DNA of 64,000 nt, from positions 3,621-67,620 of the forward strand of contig VBDU01000092.1 of NCBI GenBank assembly GCA_005883625.1, written 5' to 3'. Position 1 is the stretch's first letter. The number at the start of each line of letters is the position of its first letter. A program made the translations under genes and the position numbers. This DNA comes from Chloroflexota bacterium (GTDB lineage: Bacteria; Chloroflexota; Limnocylindria; P2-11E). The notes beneath the pieces were generated by a model. That model did not search any database, was not told the DNA's origin, and worked only from the letters and a program-made list of their open reading frames with translations. Shown one piece after another: positions 57,201-64,000 of the stretch.

Positions 57201-57940
57201 TCGGCGGTCCGACGATCCCGTTCCACTGGGACCTCGTCGAGCTCACGAAGCAGATGTACTGGTACCACTCGGGGCTCACCGCCCCGCACCCGGCGGGCTC
57301 GCCGTGGTGGAGCTGGCCGCTCGTGCTCAAGCCCGTCTACTGGTACTTCGGCTCGTCGTCAGCCGGAGACAACGCGTACATCTACGACGCCGGCAACGTC
57401 GTCTTGTTCTGGGGAGGCCTCGTCGCGTTCGGCTGGTGCGCCGTCGCGGCGGTGCGCGCCCGGTCGGTCGCTCTCGGCTTCGTCCTGTTCGCCGCGCTCG
57501 TCCAGTACGTCGCCTGGATCCCGATCACCCGCGTGCTCTTCTTCTATCACTTCTTCACGGCGCTGCCCTTCTACCTCCTCGCGCTCGCGGCGGCTCTGGC
57601 CTTTCTCTGGGAGACCGGCCGCGCGCGGTTCGTCGTGGGTTACATCGCCCTCGCCGGGGCGGCGTTCGTCTACTTCTACCCGTTCATCTCGGCGCAGCCG
57701 GTCGCGGGCGCGCAGGCCGGCATGTTCTTCGTCCTTCCGACCTGGACGTACGACTGCCAGTTCTATCCGACGTTCGTGTGCAACGTGGCGCTCGGCGGCT
57801 CGTTCAGCGTCGGCGCGCTCGCGCTGCGACTCGCGCTCGCGCTCGCGGTCGCCGGAGGTCTCGCGCTCCTCGCGGTCGGTATCGCGCCGCCGCTCAGCGA
57901 GCGGCTTCGCCTCAGGGCGAGCTCGGAAGCGCGCCGCTAG
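54290..57940 (+). CDS. Large lipid-carrier-dependent glycosyltransferase: GT-C module plus PMT-like module with inserted beta-propeller
   Basis: DYPP, WGQVD, KPQ, HERY; then YFDEVY, HPHLAKEI, QARIGMND, ATKW, HP..SPWWSWP, FFYHF. Confidence 0.85.
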   Translation: MSSAPSRDRDARLAIAGVIALGVVLRLLVVRAQGFPTDVGTFEAWGERIAQVGPGGFYEPGYFSDYPPAFLYVLWLLGALFDGEILRLAVKAISIPADVVIAALAAAVAWRHAGRGPAVAAATLWSLQPGPIFAGPYWGQVDAVGTLPLVGALVAAGARRWSTAGALAALAALVKPQFGIALGVIVVAVAIDFVRDAAWRPAARVIGAAVATAYVIAAPFYGLDPLGVGSRLVDLVRSASETYPYTSLYAFNGWSIFFDFWQPDEALVRYGALLLVAGLVVSCAPLWWRRDLAGLLAATAFAAFAFYFLPTRAHERYLFPAFALLLPFAAARSRILGPYLVLAAGFATTLYFAFTRYQQIVDLRAPDVLEATLFGRYGQIALALLMIATAALIVWRLARGEARLDSDRRYELALAAPRPTWTLPPGLGLGRVPSRGDLMVALCVALAVLATRGYRLDFPRDMYFDEVYHARTAFELLAQREPYEWTHPHLAKEIMALGILAFGDDRVIGHEVGLGAQTLFTVTNDGIRLTAGDDGNLYVRDRLGRGGPFARTTDPPRALAATDGRIVVATDRQVCQLAIPVPSSRTGLRDPLPFDRCLVSPFARTLGLAIGGTSVSLASAGGLATWKDFTGDPVVYQGDLVAATAKADGSEVYVLDPKGNVEVVDTTKGSVSRTLSGGGPGSAIAYALGPNRVFVARAKEPVLDVYDLEGGSHEGVPLANARTGAFASGVTALAVVTRTQFLYALADGRVVVVETHGASPFAAIATGATQLGIDGEGDALVAAGPTGADVVETGRHAFAWRLPGVVFAALLAFCVVLLARRLFASGLVPALAGSAIVLDGSMFAQARIGMNDVYVGALIVAGWYFVVAAYRPRRSATTDILIAGVLLGLASATKWAAFYAVAGVAIASLAVTVHAYRRGRSGSGGALDLAGVPEVLARRGVALAGLNAVLLFVAFAVIPVILYVGSYVPWFGGPTIPFHWDLVELTKQMYWYHSGLTAPHPAGSPWWSWPLVLKPVYWYFGSSSAGDNAYIYDAGNVVLFWGGLVAFGWCAVAAVRARSVALGFVLFAALVQYVAWIPITRVLFFYHFFTALPFYLLALAAALAFLWETGRARFVVGYIALAGAAFVYFYPFISAQPVAGAQAGMFFVLPTWTYDCQFYPTFVCNVALGGSFSVGALALRLALALAVAGGLALLAVGIAPPLSERLRLRASSEARR

Positions 57941-58706
57941 CGAAGAGCACGGCCGCGACCGCCCCGGCGATGACGATCGCGACGAGGAGCGCGAGCGCCG
58001 CGTTCACGAGCGCGCCACCCACCGACGCGACGACCATCCCGCGCGGCGCCGCCGCGTAGAGGACGACCGTCACGTTGTCCTCGCCGCCACGCGCGTTTGC
58101 GAGATCCACGAGCGTGCCGGCGGCGCGGTCCAGGCTCGCCTCGCTCACCTGCGCCGCGATCTCCTCGTCGGAAACGTAGCGCGTGAGGCCGTCCGAGCAG
58201 AGCACGAGACGATCCCCGGGCAACAGCTCCTCGACGAAGACGTCGGGCTGTACCCCGCGCGGGTCGCCGACGAAACGCGTGATCGAATTCGGCGCGTCGC
58301 CGGAATGGTCGGCGGTGAGTCGTCGCACCGCGCGGTCGCGGACCAGGTACGCGCGGCTGTCGCCCAGGTTGCCGACCGCGGCGTCGTTCGCGCCGATCGC
58401 GGCGGCGACGAGCGTGGACGCCGCCCCGTGCTGGTCCGCGGTCCCCGTCGCCGCGAGGACGGCGTCGTTCGCCTCGCGCATCGCGGCCGCGAGCGCCTCG
58501 GCGCGACCGCTCCGCGCGACCGTGGCGAAGAACCGGGCCGCAAGCGCGTCGACGGCGACGGCGCTCGCGATCTCGCCACCGGCGACCCCGCCGACGCCGT
58601 CCGCGACCGCGAGGAGCGTCGCGCGCGCGTCCTCACGGACGACGTAGCGATCCTCGTTGATCTTGCGAACGCGACCGGCGTCGCTGCGGCTCGCGGTCCT
58701 CGTCGT
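57912..58706 (-). CDS. PP2C-family Ser/Thr phosphatase with C-terminal TM (start uncertain)
   Basis: GRVRKINED, VADGVGG, GDSRAY, CSDGL, GEDNVT. Confidence 0.9.
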   Translation of the reverse strand, partial: TTRTASRSDAGRVRKINEDRYVVREDARATLLAVADGVGGVAGGEIASAVAVDALAARFFATVARSGRAEALAAAMREANDAVLAATGTADQHGAASTLVAAAIGANDAAVGNLGDSRAYLVRDRAVRRLTADHSGDAPNSITRFVGDPRGVQPDVFVEELLPGDRLVLCSDGLTRYVSDEEIAAQVSEASLDRAAGTLVDLANARGGEDNVTVVLYAAAPRGMVVASVGGALVNAALALLVAIVIAGAVAAVLFASGALPSSP

Positions 58707-59971
58707 TAGTCGCCCTTGCCCGCGCAGTCCTTGCCCGGCACGTACGCGAGCGTAGCGTTCTGGCCCCGGTCGAACTGCGCCCCCGCCGCGGGATCCTGCC
58801 GCGTGACCGTACATGCGGATCCACGCGACGTCGTGTCCGGTCCCCACTGCACCACGCCGAAGCCGCTCCCGCGGAGGTCGCCGATCGCCTCCGCGAGCCT
58901 CTTGCCGACGACGTTCGGCGCGGCGAGCCGCGCGGGCCCGGTCGCGGACGCCGCCGGCGTCGGCGCGGGCGCGAGCCCGCGCGGGAAGGAGGCGAAGAAC
59001 ACGAGGAGCGTGACGAGCACCGCGACCATGGCGAGCAGCGCGACCGTGCTGTCGAGGCGCGGGAACGACCAGCGGCGGATCGTCCGCGGAAGGGCGACCA
59101 TTCCGAGCGGGGCGGTCTCGTCGCCGCGCTCGGTGGCGCTCGCGAGCGCCCGCGCGAATTCGCCGGCGCTCGCTTGACGGCGCCCCGGATCGCGCGAGAG
59201 GGCGCGCGTCACGACGCCGTCGATCGCGTCGTCGATCCCGACCCGCACGAACCGCAGGGAGGGCGGCGGGCTTTCGAGACGGAGTCGCATGAGCTCCTCG
59301 GTCGAGACGCCTTCGAAGGCCGGACGCCCGGCCAGGAGCTCGTAGGCGAGGAGTCCGAGGCCGTACACGTCGGTGCGCGCCGTCACCTCGCCGCCCTCGA
59401 TGCGTTCCGGCGCGATGTAGCGCGCGGTGCCCAGGAGCTCCTGGTCGTCGCGATCGCGCGCCGCGCGGGCGATGCCGAAGTCGGTGAGCTTGACCAGGCC
59501 CGCCCGATCGACGATGACGTTCGCCGGCTTCACGTCGCAGTGGATGACGCCCGCCGCGTTCGCCGCGTCGAGCCCGGCCGCGACCTGGGCGACCAGGCGC
59601 GAGGCTTCGTGCGGCGGCAGCGGTCCGCGCTCGGCAACGAGGTCGCGGAGCGTCTTCCCCGGCACGTACTCCATCACCATGAAGGCGTCCGCGCCGTCGC
59701 GGCCCTCGTCGAAGACCGTCACGACGTTCGGGTGGACGACCGCCGCGGCGCGGCGTGCCTCGTCGGCGAAGCGTGCGCGGAACGCGTCGTCGGCGTCCGC
59801 GCCGAGCAGCTTGATCGCAACGTCGCGATCGAGCTTCTCGTCGCGCCCGCGCCAGACCTCGCCGGCGCCGCCTTCGTCGATGCGCTCGAACAGGCGGTAG
59901 CGGTGCGCGAGGACGCGTCCTTCGTCCGAGGCGGGGCGCCGGACCACCGCCGTCCGCTCTTCGCTCGGCAT
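58706..59971 (-). CDS. Hanks-type Ser/Thr kinase with TM and one PASTA domain
   Basis: VAIK, HPNVV, HCDVKPAN, DFG, APE; PNVVGK..A..L PASTA. Confidence 0.93.
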   Translation of the reverse strand: MPSEERTAVVRRPASDEGRVLAHRYRLFERIDEGGAGEVWRGRDEKLDRDVAIKLLGADADDAFRARFADEARRAAAVVHPNVVTVFDEGRDGADAFMVMEYVPGKTLRDLVAERGPLPPHEASRLVAQVAAGLDAANAAGVIHCDVKPANVIVDRAGLVKLTDFGIARAARDRDDQELLGTARYIAPERIEGGEVTARTDVYGLGLLAYELLAGRPAFEGVSTEELMRLRLESPPPSLRFVRVGIDDAIDGVVTRALSRDPGRRQASAGEFARALASATERGDETAPLGMVALPRTIRRWSFPRLDSTVALLAMVAVLVTLLVFFASFPRGLAPAPTPAASATGPARLAAPNVVGKRLAEAIGDLRGSGFGVVQWGPDTTSRGSACTVTRQDPAAGAQFDRGQNATLAYVPGKDCAGKGD

Positions 59972-60023
59972 GCCCTCGCTCGCCCGCAAGTCGCACGCCA
60001 TCACCGGCGCCTCAGAAAAGACG

Positions 60024-60082
60024 CGTACCTAGGGGGTGCGGGGGCCGCCCCTGCGATGAGCAGGTCCCCGCACCCCCTGGGT
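60024..60082. repeat. Two copies of the dispersed repeat in opposite orientations
   Basis: Minus copy TCGCAGGGGCGGCCCCCGCACCCCCTAGGTACG 60056-60024; plus core CCCCGCACCCCCTGGGT to 60082. Confidence 0.85.
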
Positions 60083-60133
60083 CGGCTCCTCTAACTGCAG
60101 GCGGGCCTCCGTGCCCCCTTGTGTCGCGCAGGA

Positions 60134-61297
60134 CTACGTCAGCGAGACGAGCGCCTGGAGCGCGTCCTCGTAGATCGCGTCGCTGCCCACGATCGCGAGC
60201 TCCTCGCCGAGCAGCTCGACCACGTCCGGAGAAGGAAGCGGGACCACGCGCTCGCCGCGCCGCTCGCCGTTCAGGATCGTCGTCGCGGTCACGTGTCGCG
60301 GATCCGGCTGGCGCTTCACGACGAACTCCGCCATGACGGCGCCCGTGCCCGACTGGATGCGTACGCCCGACACGTCGCCCTCGTCGAGGCCGCGCTCGAA
60401 GCGCGGCCGCACGCGGACCATCATCGGCGCGCCGTCCCCCCGCGCCATGGCGAAGAGGAGTCCCCCCGCCTCGGCCGGCGCGAGCGACTGCGTCGCGCGC
60501 CAGCCGAGCCGCGACGCGAGCCAGCCGACGAACAGGAGCGCCTGCGACGGGTGGATGTCGCGGCCGTCCATATCGACCGCGAAACCCACGCGGACGCCGG
60601 TGATGACGTCGAGGAATGGGCGGTACGCCGGCACGTCGAAGAACGTGGACACGATCTCGCGCCACGGCGTGAGCCGCGTCCAGTTGAGGTCGGTGATGCC
60701 GAAGCGTCCGCGGGCCTGCTCGCTGACCCGCGCGATCGCCGGGAGAACCTGGTCGGGCCGCGCGAAGTCGGCCGAGTCGAAGATGAGGCGGTCGGCGAGC
60801 GCGGTGAGGCCTTCGAAATGCCGGCGGCCGAACGGCGGGTTTCCGGTCCACCAGAGGAACACCGGGAGGTCGGGCACGAGCAGCGGGATGACCGCGCTCG
60901 CCAGGCGCTCGTCGGAGTCGCCGCGTGCGCGGAGCAGGATCTGCTCGTAGCAGACCTGCTGGAGCGAGTCGGCCGACGGGAGGTGGCAGTGCATGTCGAT
61001 GCGGCCTTCGACACCCTCCCGCGCGCCCCGATCCGCGAGGAGCACGATCGCCCGCGAGGGGTGGCGGAGGGACAGCTCGCTGATGCTGAGCGCCGCGCGG
61101 CGCGCGTGGACCTCGCGTTCCGCGTACACGACGAGGTTGAGGACCGACGCCCGCGCGATCGTGCGTCCTTGCTCGCGCGCGTGCGCGGTCTGCGCGCGAC
61201 GGAGCCTGGCGAGCTCGCGCTCGAGGGCCGCCACCCCCGCTGCGCGTGTGCCCCAGAAGCCGGTGTCGACCGGCCCCTGGGCTAGGGCTTGCGCCAT
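60134..61297 (-). CDS. opcA: Glucose-6-phosphate dehydrogenase assembly protein OpcA
   Basis: [37 protein letters not shown]. Confidence 0.93.
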   Translation of the reverse strand: MAQALAQGPVDTGFWGTRAAGVAALERELARLRRAQTAHAREQGRTIARASVLNLVVYAEREVHARRAALSISELSLRHPSRAIVLLADRGAREGVEGRIDMHCHLPSADSLQQVCYEQILLRARGDSDERLASAVIPLLVPDLPVFLWWTGNPPFGRRHFEGLTALADRLIFDSADFARPDQVLPAIARVSEQARGRFGITDLNWTRLTPWREIVSTFFDVPAYRPFLDVITGVRVGFAVDMDGRDIHPSQALLFVGWLASRLGWRATQSLAPAEAGGLLFAMARGDGAPMMVRVRPRFERGLDEGDVSGVRIQSGTGAVMAEFVVKRQPDPRHVTATTILNGERRGERVVPLPSPDVVELLGEELAIVGSDAIYEDALQALVSLT

Positions 61298-62802
61298 TCG
61301 CGGCCGTCCCGCTCGACGATTCGATCCGCCTCGGCCGGCCCCCACGACCCCGCTTCGTAGCGTGGCGGCGCGCCGGCGTTCGACCAGGCGTCGATGATCG
61401 GGTCCACGAACGTCCATTGCTGCTCGACCTCATCGCGGCGGGTGAACAGCGTCGCGTCGCCGCGGAGGGCGTCGAGGATGAGCGTCTCGTACGCGTCGGG
61501 CGCGTCGACCATGAACGACGCGCCGTAGACGAAGTCCATGTTCACCGAACGGATGCGGATGCCCTGCACGGGGACCTTCGCGCCGAACTTGAGCGAGATG
61601 CCCTCGTCGGGCTGGATCCGCAGGACGAGGGCGTTCGGCTCGAGCCCGGCCGAGGCCTCACGGGAGAAGACACGGTGCGGCGCGATGCGGAACTGGATCG
61701 CGATCTCGGTCGATCGCTTCGGCAGCCGCTTCCCGGTGCGGACGTAGAACGGCGTGCCCTCCCACCGCCAGTTGTCGACGAAGCACTTCAGCGCGACGAA
61801 CGTCTCGGTGCTGGACGTCCGCGCGACGTCCGGCTCCTGCCGGTAGCCGACCACGCGCGTCCCCTCGATGAACCCGGCGTCGTACTGACCGCGCACCGCC
61901 CGCTCGGCCATCTCCTCGCGACGGATCGGGCGCAACGCGCGGAGCACCTTGACCTTCTCGTCGCGCACCGCGCGGTCGTCGAAGGCGGCCGGGGGCTCCA
62001 TGGCGACGAGCGCGAGCAGCTGGAGGAGGTGGTTCTGGACGATGTCGCGCATCGCGCCGGCCTGCTCGTAGTAGCCGGCGCGCTCCTCGACCCCCAGCGA
62101 CTCGGCCACGGTGATCTGCACGTGGTCGACGTACTGGCGGTTCCACACGGGCTCGAAGATCCCGTTCGCGAACCGCAGGACGAGGATGTTCTGGACGGTC
62201 TCCTTGCCGAGGTAGTGGTCGATGCGGAAGACCTCATCCTCGCGGAAGACGGAGTGCACGATCTCCGTGAGCTTCATCGCGGTCGCAAGGTCCCGGCCGA
62301 ACGGCTTCTCGACGACGACCCGCGCCCAACCCGTCTCGCCCCGGAGGCCATGCGCGCCGATGGCCTCGATGATCGCCGCATAGGCCGGCGGCGGCGTCGC
62401 GAGGTAGAAGAGCCGGTTCGCGTGCGTGCCGAGCTCTCGGTCGACGTCGTCGAGCCGCCTCCGCAGGTCGTCGTACGCCGCGTCGTTCGGCGTCGCGACG
62501 AAGTGGATGTGCTCGGCGAAGCTCTTCCAGACCTCTTCGTTCAGCGGCTTCGTCCGCGAATGCCGCGCGACCGCGTCGCGGAGCTCCGCGCGGAAGCGGT
62601 CGTCGGTCATCGGTTGGCGCGCCGCGCCGACGACGGCGAACGCGGCCGGGAGGAGACGCTGGAGCGCGAGGTTGTACAGGGCGGGAAGGAGCTTGCGCTG
62701 CGCGAGGTCGCCGGAGCCGCCGAAGATGACGATCGTCGAGGGCTCGGGCGTACGAGCGAGGCGCAGCCCCTCGCGGAGCGGGTTGACGACCGTGGTCGCC
62801 AC
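61282..62802 (-). CDS. zwf: Glucose-6-phosphate 1-dehydrogenase
   Basis: [28 protein letters not shown]. Confidence 0.98.
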   Translation of the reverse strand: MATTVVNPLREGLRLARTPEPSTIVIFGGSGDLAQRKLLPALYNLALQRLLPAAFAVVGAARQPMTDDRFRAELRDAVARHSRTKPLNEEVWKSFAEHIHFVATPNDAAYDDLRRRLDDVDRELGTHANRLFYLATPPPAYAAIIEAIGAHGLRGETGWARVVVEKPFGRDLATAMKLTEIVHSVFREDEVFRIDHYLGKETVQNILVLRFANGIFEPVWNRQYVDHVQITVAESLGVEERAGYYEQAGAMRDIVQNHLLQLLALVAMEPPAAFDDRAVRDEKVKVLRALRPIRREEMAERAVRGQYDAGFIEGTRVVGYRQEPDVARTSSTETFVALKCFVDNWRWEGTPFYVRTGKRLPKRSTEIAIQFRIAPHRVFSREASAGLEPNALVLRIQPDEGISLKFGAKVPVQGIRIRSVNMDFVYGASFMVDAPDAYETLILDALRGDATLFTRRDEVEQQWTFVDPIIDAWSNAGAPPRYEAGSWGPAEADRIVERDGREWRKP

Positions 62803-62900
62803 GACGCCCTACCCCTGACTGATCTCGGCGCTTCGCGCCGGAGACGCGCCCATGGCTGGTCGACTCGCTCGTCCGGGCAGAGCCCGTCCTCGCTCGGCCT

Positions 62901-63812
<912 letters not shown>

Positions 63813-64000
63813 CCAGCCCCCTCACTTGTGGAAGTCGACCAGCGCCCTTGAATCGGCTTGCGGCCCTCTTTTCAGTTCGCGCCCGCGCGACGCCTCGGCG
63901 CTACTTCGTACCGCCGCCATTCTGCGGTCAGTCGCTCTTGCGACCGACTGACCGTCCTGCTACGCACTCCGTGCTGGTAGTAGGGTGTCGGCATGGCGAC

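Noticed and set aside
54421-58059. 1212-aa alternative-frame ORF
   Set aside because: Arg/Pro-rich off-frame read of the glycosyltransferase gene

Overview
High-GC bacterial chromosome segment spanning the replication origin; gene style and order suggest Chloroflexota (inference). Core content: jag-yidC-yidD-rnpA-rpmH divergent from dnaA-oriC-dnaN-recF-dciA, parS-parA-parB-gyrB-thioesterase-gyrA (157-aa mini-intein), ftsEX plus an M23 peptidase, smpB, tmRNA, mreD-mrdA-rodA, leuS-comEA-comEC-holA, pyrG-transaldolase, an NHEJ cluster (LigD, Ku, a second ligase), a two-component system, a GT2/GT-C glycosylation cluster, a PASTA kinase with PP2C, and gnd-zwf-opcA. No CRISPR array, transposase or phage gene is visible. 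The most striking element is the leucine T-box riboswitch upstream of leuS, which carries a complete tRNA-Ala(GGC) gene inside its Stem III, with downstream sequence able to pair with the tRNA acceptor strand. Also notable: a promoter- and terminator-bounded structured RNA with a 14-nt match to the 16S anti-SD upstream of smpB, a second rod-like RNA candidate between gyrA and ftsE, a decayed tRNA-Ala(CGC) 3' half (att-like) at the window start, a dispersed 27-bp repeat, unusual gyrase QRDR residues, and ~100-nt internal losses in dnaN and gyrA that may be assembly artefacts. All calls are by eye; no database searches were run.
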